Of a stretch of 32,739 nt of DNA, positions 16,958-25,799 are shown piece by piece. Source of the DNA: Pseudomonadota bacterium (GTDB lineage: Bacteria > Pseudomonadota > Alphaproteobacteria > Sphingomonadales > Sphingomonadaceae); contig JBEEIN010000220.1 in NCBI GenBank assembly GCA_041169825.1, positions 1-32,739 of the forward strand, in the 5' to 3' direction. The first letter of the stretch is position 1. Each line of letters begins with the position of its first letter. The notes under the pieces are model-generated. The model did no database searches, was not told the DNA's origin, and saw only the letters and a program-made list of their open reading frames with translations. Position numbers and translations under genes: made by a program.

Positions 16958-18156
16958 TTGCTGGTACTGGCCGCCTCGGCATCGAGCAATTGTTGGACCT
17001 GCCGATAGAACGCTTCGCGCGCCTCGGGCTCCGGTCCCTTGGTGGCGCGGGTCCAGTCCGCGTTTGAGGCAATTACCAGTCGCCGTTTGGGGTCGATAAA
17101 GATCCCCTGACCAAAGATGCCCTGGGCTGCGACAGCGCCGTTGTCATAGGTCCACCACTGGAAGCCATAGCCCTTGCCGGGTGTGCCGATGTCCTTCTGC
17201 TTGACGGTGGCCTGGGCGAACCAGTCAGCTGGCACGATCTGCTTGCCTCCGGCCTTGCCGCCGCTAAGTACGAACAGGCCAAAGCGGGCATAGTCGCGCG
17301 TCGCTGCCTGCAGGCAGCATCCCGCGATTTCATGTCCGGTCTTGCTCAGCAACCAGGTTGCCGGTGCTTCCATGCCCGCAGGCTGCCAAACCTTCTCCTG
17401 AAGGTACTGCGCCAACGGTTTCTTGGTGGCGGATGAAACGAGTACCCCGATCAGGTTGGTCTCACCCGTGTTGTAATGCCAGACCTCGCCCGGCGGGTGC
17501 GCGCGCGGCAGGTGGCGCATATAGCTGACGGTGGCATCCAGTCCGTCTTCAGGTTCGGCATTGTTGAACTTGGCAACGTCGGCGTTCGGGTCTTCGTAGT
17601 CCTCGTTCCACTGAACGCCCGAACTCATGGTCAGCAGTTGACGGATCGAGACATCGTCATAGGCTGATCCCTCGAGGCCCGGGATGTACTGGCTGACCTT
17701 GTCATCGAGGCTCTTGATGTAACCATCCTGGATCGCGGCCCCGACCAGGGTTGAGGTGAATGACTTGGCAACCGAGAAGCTGGTCCAGCGGCCCGATGGG
17801 CCGAAGCCAAGGCCATACTTTTCAAATCGAATCTGGCCGTCTTGCAAGATCACGATCCCGGCCGCGCGCTGCTTGGCCAGATAGTCGTCCACGCCCGGGA
17901 TCACGAGCGGCTTGCCTTGCGGGAGCGCCAGCGGCTTGGCCGAAGGCGCGATTTGATGCGCCTTGGCCAGGATTGGCAAACGGTCCATCGCCCGGAAGGC
18001 GGCATCGCGCTGGCCCTGCGACCACATCAGGACATCGCGGTTTGTCGGCATGGCTGCTAGCAGCCCGCGGGTTTCCTGATCAAGGCTGGCATACCAGCCG
18101 CCGCCCGCCAGCAGCACGGCAACACAGGCCCCAAGGGCAACAGTCCGTTTGCGCAT
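16954..18156 (-). CDS. Serine hydrolase, beta-lactamase class C/NylB-like family
   Basis: SVAK (SxxK), LLTMSSG, YNT (YxN-like), YGFQWW, GIFGQ; N-terminal hydrophobic anchor. Confidence 0.9.
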   Translation of the reverse strand: MRKRTVALGACVAVLLAGGGWYASLDQETRGLLAAMPTNRDVLMWSQGQRDAAFRAMDRLPILAKAHQIAPSAKPLALPQGKPLVIPGVDDYLAKQRAAGIVILQDGQIRFEKYGLGFGPSGRWTSFSVAKSFTSTLVGAAIQDGYIKSLDDKVSQYIPGLEGSAYDDVSIRQLLTMSSGVQWNEDYEDPNADVAKFNNAEPEDGLDATVSYMRHLPRAHPPGEVWHYNTGETNLIGVLVSSATKKPLAQYLQEKVWQPAGMEAPATWLLSKTGHEIAGCCLQAATRDYARFGLFVLSGGKAGGKQIVPADWFAQATVKQKDIGTPGKGYGFQWWTYDNGAVAAQGIFGQGIFIDPKRRLVIASNADWTRATKGPEPEAREAFYRQVQQLLDAEAASTSN

Positions 18157-18216
18157 TGTGATCTTCTCCCTGTTATCCGGCGCACCATAACGGCGTCGGA
18201 AGAACAGGGAAGAGGG

Positions 18217-19527
18217 CTAGGCGCGGCCCACGCTGGAATAGGCAAATCCTTTCGCCCGCACTTCGGCCGGATCATAGATATTGCGCAGGTCGACCAGCAC
18301 CGGTGCCTTGGCCAGATCCTTGATCCGGTTGAAGTCCAGGGCGCGGAAGGCATCCCATTCCGTGACGATCGCGATGGCATCGGCGCCCTTGATCGCGGAG
18401 TAGGAATCGGGCTGCATTTCGACTTCGGGCATCAGCGGCCTGGCCACTTCCATGCCTTCGGGGTCATAGGCCGCGACCTGTACCCCGGCATCGATCAGCG
18501 CCTGGGCAATGGCGATCGCCGGACTGTCGCGCATATCGTCGGTATTGGGCTTGAAGGTGAGGCCGAGCATGGCAACCTTTTTGCCGCGCGCCTCCTCAAT
18601 CCCGCCGAGCGCCTCAATGACCTTGCGGCCCATTGCGCGCTTGCGGCTGTCGTTGACCTTAACCACCGCCTCGACAATCCGGGTCGGCGCTTCATAATCC
18701 TCGGCAGTCTTGAGCAGGGCCAAAGTATCCTTGGGGAAGCACGATCCGCCATAGCCCGGCCCGGCGTGCAGGAATTTCGAGCCGATGCGACCATCCATGC
18801 CGATCCCGCGGGCGACATCCTGCACGTCGGCGCCAACCTTTTCGCACAGATCGGCCATCTCGTTGATGAAGGTGATCTTGACCGCCAGGAACGCATTGGC
18901 CGCATATTTGATCAGTTCCGACGAGCGGCGGCTGGTAAACAGCAGTGGGGCCTTGTTGAGGAACAGGGGGCGATAGACCTCGGCCATAACTTGACGGGCC
19001 CAGTCATCCTCGGTGCCAACCACGATCCGGTCCGGCCGCTTGAAGTCGCCAATTGCCGCGCCTTCGCGCAGGAATTCCGGGTTGGATGCCACGGCTACCC
19101 GGACCGGCAGATTCGCTGTCATGAGGATCCGCTCAACCTCGTCGCCGGTGCCGACCGGTACGGTCGACTTGGTGACGACGACAGCATCATTCTTCAGGTT
19201 CTGGCCGATCTCTTCCGCCACGGCATAGACATAGGACAAGTCGGCATGGCCATCGCCGCGCCGGCTGGGGGTGCCAACCGCGATGAAAATCGCCCCCGCT
19301 CCATCAATCCCGTCTGCCAGGTCAGTCGTGAACGACAGGCGGCCGGCGCGGACGTTCGAGGCCACCAGTTCGGCCAGGCCCGGCTCGTAGATCGGCATGA
19401 TCCCGGCCCGCAGGCTTTCAATCTTGGCCGGGTCCTTGTCGATGCAGACCACGTCGTGCCCAAAATCGGCAAAGCAGGCACCAGAGACCAGGCCCACGTA
19501 GCCCGAGCCGACCATCGCAATCTTCAT
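18217..19527 (-). CDS. ugd: UDP-glucose 6-dehydrogenase
   Basis: GSGYVG Rossmann motif, KSTVPVGT, NPEFLREG, catalytic GYGGSCFPKD, FKPNTDDMR. Confidence 0.95.
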   Translation of the reverse strand: MKIAMVGSGYVGLVSGACFADFGHDVVCIDKDPAKIESLRAGIMPIYEPGLAELVASNVRAGRLSFTTDLADGIDGAGAIFIAVGTPSRRGDGHADLSYVYAVAEEIGQNLKNDAVVVTKSTVPVGTGDEVERILMTANLPVRVAVASNPEFLREGAAIGDFKRPDRIVVGTEDDWARQVMAEVYRPLFLNKAPLLFTSRRSSELIKYAANAFLAVKITFINEMADLCEKVGADVQDVARGIGMDGRIGSKFLHAGPGYGGSCFPKDTLALLKTAEDYEAPTRIVEAVVKVNDSRKRAMGRKVIEALGGIEEARGKKVAMLGLTFKPNTDDMRDSPAIAIAQALIDAGVQVAAYDPEGMEVARPLMPEVEMQPDSYSAIKGADAIAIVTEWDAFRALDFNRIKDLAKAPVLVDLRNIYDPAEVRAKGFAYSSVGRA

Positions 19528-19530
19528 CGC

Positions 19531-20325
19531 TTATTCCTCTGTTTCGACGCGAACCGCGCCGTCATGGGCTACTGCTGTAAGTAGCCAGCGATTTGTTCCT
19601 TCCAGACCCAGCGCCGTAAGCCGGCCACTGCGATAGGCCCCGGTATCGATGCCGATCCGGTTATGCCTGATCTGGGCGGAATCGGAAATGGTATGGCCGT
19701 GCACCACGACCCGGCCGAAGCTTTTATCATGGTCAAGAAATGCCTCGCGGATCCAGCGCAGATCAGCCCTGCGTTGGTCCGCAAGGGCGACCCCGGGGCG
19801 GATTCCGGCATGGACAAACAGGTAATCGCCAAGTTCGACCTGGTCCACAAAGCTGCGGATGAATGTGATATCCTGCTCAGGAATAACCGCGAGCGCCAGG
19901 TCGGCCACTTCGCCCAGTTCTGCCCGGGTGTAGGCCAGCGGGTCGAGCGGATAGGACAGCAACATTTCGCGCCCCCCAAAGCGCAGGAAGTGCCGCATCA
20001 CTTCCTCCTGCTCGAGTGCGTCGAGGAACATTTCCTCATGGTTTCCCATCAGAATCCGCACGGGCCGCCTTTGCTGCCATTCGCGCGCCAATCGAATGAC
20101 CCCCGCACTATCCGGCCCCCGGTCGATAAGATCGCCCAACAGGATAACGGTTGTTTGCGCTGATCCGCGAGCGAGATCGTCGGCATCAATCGCCGCGATC
20201 ATCCCAGCGAGCAGGTCTGCTCGCCCATGAATGTCGCCAATCGCATAGACCCGCTGCCCCTCCGGAATCTTGGCGACAGGCGGCGCGGGGGCGGCCGTCA
20301 GCAGGTTGCGCAGGCGGGAAAGCAT
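19531..20325 (-). CDS. PPP-family (calcineurin-like) metallophosphoesterase / Ser-Thr protein phosphatase
   Basis: GDIHG, GDLIDRG, GNHE, FVHAG, HGHT, IDTG motifs. Confidence 0.9.
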   Translation of the reverse strand: MLSRLRNLLTAAPAPPVAKIPEGQRVYAIGDIHGRADLLAGMIAAIDADDLARGSAQTTVILLGDLIDRGPDSAGVIRLAREWQQRRPVRILMGNHEEMFLDALEQEEVMRHFLRFGGREMLLSYPLDPLAYTRAELGEVADLALAVIPEQDITFIRSFVDQVELGDYLFVHAGIRPGVALADQRRADLRWIREAFLDHDKSFGRVVVHGHTISDSAQIRHNRIGIDTGAYRSGRLTALGLEGTNRWLLTAVAHDGAVRVETEE

Positions 20326-20335
20326 AAGATTTGTA

Positions 20336-20364
20336 GCTATAGCGACACGGCGGTTAACGGACAA
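20336..20364 (-). promoter_or_regulatory. Putative sigma70 promoter of phosphatase-ugd with a near-leaderless start
   Basis: Minus strand TTGTCC-N17-TATAGC-N10-ATG, no SD; TTAAC (CtrA half-site-like) in the spacer. Confidence 0.5.
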
Positions 20365-20577
20365 TGATCTCCGCGTTTTGCTAGCCAGCGACGGGAACCA
20401 GGTCGTTGCCTTAAAGGCACACTTTTGGCGCCGTTATAATCTTCTGGCCCGTTTTTTGTTGTGCAGTGCAACAAAAGTGTGCCACCCCGTCCCAGTCCAA
20501 ACCGAATGCTGCCGGAACGAGCGGCAAGGGGCGGACGCAGGTGGGACGAAGCACCAACAATCAATAGGAAGATTGCC

Positions 20578-21333
20578 ATGCTCACGTCCGTCCGCAGCCT
20601 TGTTGCTGCAACTCTTCTGGCCGGCTCGGCCTTTGCCGCTACCCCAGCCCTGGCTGATGAAACCGATCCGCCGTCGGATATCACCGTTACCGGCAACGTA
20701 GCCCTGGTTTCGGATTACCGTTTCCGCGGCATCTCGCTCTCTGGCGGCGATCTGGCCATTCAGGGGTCGATCAACGTCAATCACTCGTCAGGGCTTTATG
20801 CCGGCACCTGGGCTTCCAGCCTCGAACAGGATGCGGCTGATATCTATGGTTCCACTGAAGTAGACGTCTATGCGGGCTGGACCGGCAAGGTCAGCAGCGG
20901 CCTGACGGCGGATGTCGGCTTGCTGTATTACGTTTACCCCGCGGGCAGCGCCGGCGATGGCAACGTGTTCGAGCCTTATGCATCGCTAACCGCGGCGATT
21001 GGTCCGGCCAGCGCCAAGTTCGGCATGAACTATGCCTGGAAGCAGGACTCGCTCGGCGGCGATGACAACCTGTATCTTTATTCCGACTGGTCGCTGGCCG
21101 TGCCCAGCACGCCGGTTACCGTCACGGCCCACGCCGGCTACACCGATGGCGCGCTCTCGCCCAAGCGGCTTACGCTTGCTGGCACTGGTGGCGGTTGGGA
21201 TTACAGCCTTTCGGCCAGCGCCACGCTCTACAAGGGCCTTTCGCTTGGCGTTGCCTATGTCGGCGTCGATGGCAAATCGATCGACAGCTTCTCGAACGAT
21301 GCCGTGGTGGCAACGCTCAAGTACAGCTTCTGA
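20578..21333 (+). CDS. TorF-family putative porin (TIGR02001-like outer membrane protein)
   Basis: Signal peptide ending TPALA-D, VSDYRFRGIS...AIQG, G.YAGTWAS, EVDVYAGW, C-terminal YSF. Confidence 0.88.
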   Translation: MLTSVRSLVAATLLAGSAFAATPALADETDPPSDITVTGNVALVSDYRFRGISLSGGDLAIQGSINVNHSSGLYAGTWASSLEQDAADIYGSTEVDVYAGWTGKVSSGLTADVGLLYYVYPAGSAGDGNVFEPYASLTAAIGPASAKFGMNYAWKQDSLGGDDNLYLYSDWSLAVPSTPVTVTAHAGYTDGALSPKRLTLAGTGGGWDYSLSASATLYKGLSLGVAYVGVDGKSIDSFSNDAVVATLKYSF

Positions 21334-21355
21334 CCGTTACCCCACGGGGTGAGCA

Positions 21356-21392
21356 GGGCGGTCCGTTCCGGCAAAACCGGGGCGGGCCGTTC
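21356..21392 (+). terminator. 16-bp plus-strand hairpin after the porin gene (terminator or 3' stabiliser)
   Basis: GGGCGGTCCGTTCCGG-CAAAA-CCGGGGCGGGCCGTTC with five G-U pairs; weak U-tract. Confidence 0.6.
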
Positions 21393-21468
21393 CGCTGTTA
21401 GGCGGGTACCGGTTCCAATCGAGTGGCTTCGGCGTTATGGCAAAGGCCAGACAGCAGCCGGAGCTCCC

Positions 21469-21903
21469 GTGACCAAGTTTCTTCACACCATGATCCGCGT
21501 GACCGACCCGGACGCGACGATCGCCTTTTTTGAGCTGATTGGCCTAAAGGAAGTCCGCCGCTTCTCGAGCGAGCAGGGACGGTTCACGCTGATTTTCCTG
21601 GCCGCACCGGGCCAGGAGGGTTTGGCCGAAGTTGAACTGACCTATAACTGGCCGGCCGAGGATGGCTCGAGCGAGACCTACACTGGTGGCCGCAATTTCG
21701 GGCATCTCGCCTATCGGGTGGAGAATATCTACGCCACTTGCCAGGCCCTGCTTGATGCCGGCCATACCATCCACCGCCCCCCGCGGGACGGGCACATGGC
21801 TTTCGTGAAGTCGCCTGACGGGATTTCGGTTGAGCTGCTGCAGGACGGGCATCTCGAGCCGCAGGAGCCCTGGGCCTCGATGCCGAACGTCGGCAACTGG
21901 TAA
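21469..21903 (+). CDS. gloA: Lactoylglutathione lyase (glyoxalase I, VOC family)
   Basis: FLHTMIRV, ELTYNW, FGHLAY, FVKSPDGISVEL; GTG start with GGAG SD. Confidence 0.85.
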   Translation: MTKFLHTMIRVTDPDATIAFFELIGLKEVRRFSSEQGRFTLIFLAAPGQEGLAEVELTYNWPAEDGSSETYTGGRNFGHLAYRVENIYATCQALLDAGHTIHRPPRDGHMAFVKSPDGISVELLQDGHLEPQEPWASMPNVGNW

Positions 21904-21907
21904 GGGC

Positions 21908-23083
21908 TTAGCCGCGCTTTGGTGAAAGGCGCAGCAGGGCGTAGCCGCATAGGGCTGAGACGAGCGACCCGGCCAGGACCCCGATCTTGGCTTCATCGAT
22001 AAGCGCCTGCTGGCCCGGAAAGGCCAGCGCGCCGATGAACAGGCTCATGGTAAAGCCAATTCCGCACAGCATTGCCATCCCGGCCAGTTGCAGTCGGCTG
22101 GCGACCGGGGGTTCGGCCAACCGCAACTTGGCCGCAATCAGGATCGCACCGAGAATACCGATCGGCTTGCCAAGCATCAGGCCCAGCGCGATGCCAAGCG
22201 GCAAGGGGTCTGGCTGGGGGGCACCCATCAACTCGACCCCGGCATTGGCAAAGCCGAACAAGGGCACCACGAAATAGGCGCTCCACGGCACCAGTGCATG
22301 TTCCATCCGCAAGAGCGGGCTGTCACCTTGCCGATCAAGGCCAAGCGGAATGGTAAACGCGGCAAGGACGCCGGCAACTGTGGCGTGAACACCGGAATGC
22401 AACACACAGTACCAGGCCAGCATCGCCAGCAGGACGTAGGGCATGGCGCGCATTACCTTTAGCCGCGCCAGCACCACCATAAGGCCAAGGGCGCAAAAGC
22501 CTGCGCCAAGCCAGGCCAGGCTCAGTTGCGCTGTGTAAAACAGCGCGATGATCGCCACGGCTCCCAGATCGTCGACAATTGCGACCGTCAGCAGGAACAG
22601 CCGCAATGCCGGGGGGGCACGGTTGCCGAGCAGAGCCAGCACGCCGACCGCAAAGGCAATATCCGTTGCCGCCGGGATGGCCCAGCCACGCGCCAGACCA
22701 GGTTCTCCGCCCGCCACGGCGAGGTAGATCAAGGCAGGAACCACCATCCCCCCCAGCGCCGCCAGAACTGGCAAGCGACGCTTCGCCGCGGTGGAAAGCT
22801 CGCCAATCAATAGCTCACGTTTGATTTCCAACCCGACGACAAAAAAGAACACGGCCATGACCGCGTCATTGATCCACAGATGGGCCGTCTCCAGCTTGGC
22901 AATCGGCGTCCAGGGCAGCGGTGCATGCAGCAGGCCATGGTACATGGCGGACAGTGGTGAATTTGCTGCCAGCATCGCCAATGCGGCCGACAGGATCAGC
23001 AACACTCCCGCGCCTGCCTCTCCCCCAAACAGCCTGGCTAGTGCTCCGGCGATCCGATTGGCTGGGTGACGGGCGGGAGACAT
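21908..23083 (-). CDS. nhaA: Na+/H+ antiporter NhaA (alternative start 23095)
   Basis: WINDAVMAVFFFVVGLEIKRE, GWAIPAATDIAF, AIVDD, SGVHAT, GKPIG, CGIGFTMSLFI. Confidence 0.96.
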   Translation of the reverse strand: MSPARHPANRIAGALARLFGGEAGAGVLLILSAALAMLAANSPLSAMYHGLLHAPLPWTPIAKLETAHLWINDAVMAVFFFVVGLEIKRELLIGELSTAAKRRLPVLAALGGMVVPALIYLAVAGGEPGLARGWAIPAATDIAFAVGVLALLGNRAPPALRLFLLTVAIVDDLGAVAIIALFYTAQLSLAWLGAGFCALGLMVVLARLKVMRAMPYVLLAMLAWYCVLHSGVHATVAGVLAAFTIPLGLDRQGDSPLLRMEHALVPWSAYFVVPLFGFANAGVELMGAPQPDPLPLGIALGLMLGKPIGILGAILIAAKLRLAEPPVASRLQLAGMAMLCGIGFTMSLFIGALAFPGQQALIDEAKIGVLAGSLVSALCGYALLRLSPKRG

Positions 23084-23182
23084 CGGCCATTCCATCGTGC
23101 AATCGCGACCGCGTTGCAAGCGGTCAAAATTATTGTTACCATTCCGTAATTTGGCGCTCACCTCAGCGCTTCGGGCGGAATA

Positions 23183-24601
23183 ATGACAGGATCGGGGTTC
23201 CACATCGACTGGACGCTTGAGGCGGTATTGCTCGCAGAGCGTGAGCTTTTGCTCTTCGCCGGTTTCTGGCTGGCCATTGGCCTGCTTGATGAACTGGCCG
23301 TCGATCTGGCCTGGTTCTGGTTGAAAGTCAGCGGGCGCGCCCGCACGCGATCCTTGCCGCCGGGCTAAGGACAGGCTCCGCTGTCTGGACCCATGGCCGT
23401 GTTTATTCCAGCCTTCGCTGAAAGCGCGGTGATCGGCACCACGATCCGGCACCTGCTGCAAACCTGGCAACAGTCTGCCTTGCGCCTTTACGTTGGTTGC
23501 TACCGCAATGATCCGGCAACGCTGGCGGCGGCCGTCGCAGCGGCCCGGAACGATCCGCGCCTGCGGCTTGTCCTGCTGGCTGGGCACGGGCCAACGACCA
23601 AGGCCGACTGCCTGAACCGGCTCTATGCTGCGCTGCAAGCTGATGAGCAACGCAGCGGTCGGCGGTTTCGCGGAGTCATCCTGCACGATGCGGAGGACAT
23701 GGTGCACCCGGCCGCATTGGAAGTGATCGACACGGCACTGGCCGCGGTGGATTTCGTGCAGCTGCCGGTGCGGCCGGTGGTGGATAATGACAATCGCTGG
23801 GTCTCCGGCCATTATGCCGATGAATTTACTGAGGACCATGCCAAAGCGATGGTCGTGCGCGATGCCCTGGGGCTGCCTCTGCCCGCTGCCGGGGTGGGCT
23901 GCGGCTTGTCGCGCAGCGCGCTGGATCGGCTTGTCGCGATCCAACCCGCCGGTCGGCAGCATGGCCCATTTTCAGCCGAAGCATTGACGGAGGATTATGA
24001 GCTGGGTCTGATCCTGTCCAAAACGGGCCGTGGCAGCGCCTTCCTCCGGCTGCGCGACGGTGACGGTAATCTGGTCGCGACAACCAGTTACTTCCCGGGA
24101 TCGCTTGCCACAGCCGTGCGACAAAAGACGCGCTGGATCCATGGGATTGCTTTTCAAGGTTGGGATCGACTGGGCTGGAGCGCGCGGCCACTGGAATTCT
24201 GGATGGCACTGCGCGATCGGCGGGGGCCGCTAACCGCCCTGGTGCTGGCGGCGGCCTATGCCTTGCTGGCACTCGACGGCGTCTTGGGCCTCGCCCAGAT
24301 CGCTGGACTGGTCCCCTATCTCCCGCTGACTGAAGCCCAGCATGCCTTCCTCAAGATCGGTTTGCTGGGCCTGGCCTGGCGGGCCGGGCTGAAGTTTCTG
24401 CTTGTCGGTCACGAATACGGCTGGCCCGAAGGCCTTAGGGCGACGCTGCGGATCCCCGTCGCCAACGTGATTGCAATCATGGCCGGTCGTCGCGCGATTG
24501 CCAGTTACGTCCGCAGCCTGGCTGGTGAGCCAGTTCGCTGGCACAAGACCGAGCACCTCGCCCATCCTGCAGCGAAACGCGCGGCGGGGGCTTCGGCATG
24601 A
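23183..24601 (+). pseudogene. NfrB-like processive GT2 glycosyltransferase, interrupted by an in-frame TAA at 23366-23368
   Basis: ORFs 23183-23368 (TM helix, GLLDELAVDL) and 23393-24601 share one frame. Motifs VFIPA, GPTTKADCLN, HDAED, VQLPV, GVG, LTEDYELG and QKTRW (QxxRW) are intact. Confidence 0.8.
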
Positions 24602-25749
24602 ACGCGGCGCGCACCAGCTTGCGCCGACGTGGCCAGCCGCTCATCGTATTGGGTGGCCTGCTGCTCGGCTGGATCGGCCTGCGTGCTGCGTTGTGGGAAC
24701 GGATCGAGTTGCCCGGACTGGCGCCAGCTGTTGTTGCGGCGGTGGCCAGGGTCTTGCCGGAGCCGCAGCGCCCATCAGCCACGCCACTGCCTTTGCCGCC
24801 ACTGGCCCGGCATGCCCCCTATGCGCCGCAAGCTGTCCTACCGGCCAACTTGCCGCGGCCCCTGCCGCCCGCTCCGGGGCGGGTTGACCTGGCGTCAGTC
24901 CCCGAATTCGGTCCTGGTGGAGAAGCCTTTGCTGGCAGCAGGGCCGCGGCCGCACACCAGCTTGCCTGGATGGCCGGCGTGGCACAGTTGCCGGTTCCAC
25001 GCTTTATCATCGACCGTTTCAGCCAGAATGCCGATCATCAAGCCCGCTTGGTTCCGGCCGTGGCCCGCAATCTGGTCGGCGCGGGATCGGGCAGCGGCCG
25101 TTGGTCGGCCGATAGTTGGTTGCTGCTGCGCACTGGCGGCGCAGGCGTGACGGCAAGCGGATTGCCCTCGCCAAGCTATGGCACAAGCCAAGCCGGTGCG
25201 GTGATTCGCTATCGGCTGAATGCGGCCAATTCGCGCAGTCCGTCATTGTTTCTGCGCGCGAGCAGCGCCTTACGTTCCCCGCGCGGCGAAGAAGCGGCCC
25301 TCGGCGTTTCGGCGCGACCACTGGCGGCTTTGCCCTTGGCGCTCCAAGCGGAGCTGCGCGCTACCCGGCAGACCGTGGGCACAACACTCCGCCCCGCATT
25401 CACGGTGGTAACCGAGTTACCCCGCCTGCCGCTGGGCGGCGGTCTGTCGACCGAAGTCTATGGTCAGGCGGGCTACGTTGGTGGGGCTGGCGGAACGGCT
25501 TTTGTCGATGGGCAGGTGCGGATCGAGCAACACCTTGCCCGGATCGGTCGCAGCGAATTGCGTCTCGGTCTTGGTGGCTGGGGCGGGGCGCAGAAGGATG
25601 CCAGTCGGCTTGATCTGGGGCCGACGGCGACACTCGATTTCCCGATCGGCGCGGCGCAAGGTCGTCTGTCCGCTGACTGGCGGCTGCGCGCCGCAGGTAA
25701 TGCAGCACCAAATACCGGCCCGGCGATTACGCTGTCCGCAGGTTTCTAG
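24598..25749 (+). CDS. Hypothetical protein: N-terminal hydrophobic segment, Pro-rich linker, probable C-terminal beta-barrel (NfrA-like partner, inferred)
   Basis: ATGA overlap with the GT stop; alternating Gly/aromatic strands from about residue 168; ends GPAITLSAGF. Confidence 0.7.
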   Translation: MNAARTSLRRRGQPLIVLGGLLLGWIGLRAALWERIELPGLAPAVVAAVARVLPEPQRPSATPLPLPPLARHAPYAPQAVLPANLPRPLPPAPGRVDLASVPEFGPGGEAFAGSRAAAAHQLAWMAGVAQLPVPRFIIDRFSQNADHQARLVPAVARNLVGAGSGSGRWSADSWLLLRTGGAGVTASGLPSPSYGTSQAGAVIRYRLNAANSRSPSLFLRASSALRSPRGEEAALGVSARPLAALPLALQAELRATRQTVGTTLRPAFTVVTELPRLPLGGGLSTEVYGQAGYVGGAGGTAFVDGQVRIEQHLARIGRSELRLGLGGWGGAQKDASRLDLGPTATLDFPIGAAQGRLSADWRLRAAGNAAPNTGPAITLSAGF

Positions 25750-25799
25750 CGCTTTACGCCTTTTTTCTGCCGTGCCGCTGGGCTAGCCATGCCAAGCAG

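Noticed and set aside
23124-23152. CtrA box upstream of the glycosyltransferase (and TTAA-N7-CAAA before chpT)
   Set aside because: Two or more mismatches and inconsistent spacing; too weak to call.
23096-23962. 684-aa NhaA with a long N-terminal extension
   Set aside because: The extension is the antisense frame of the glycosyltransferase; NhaA similarity starts near 23083.
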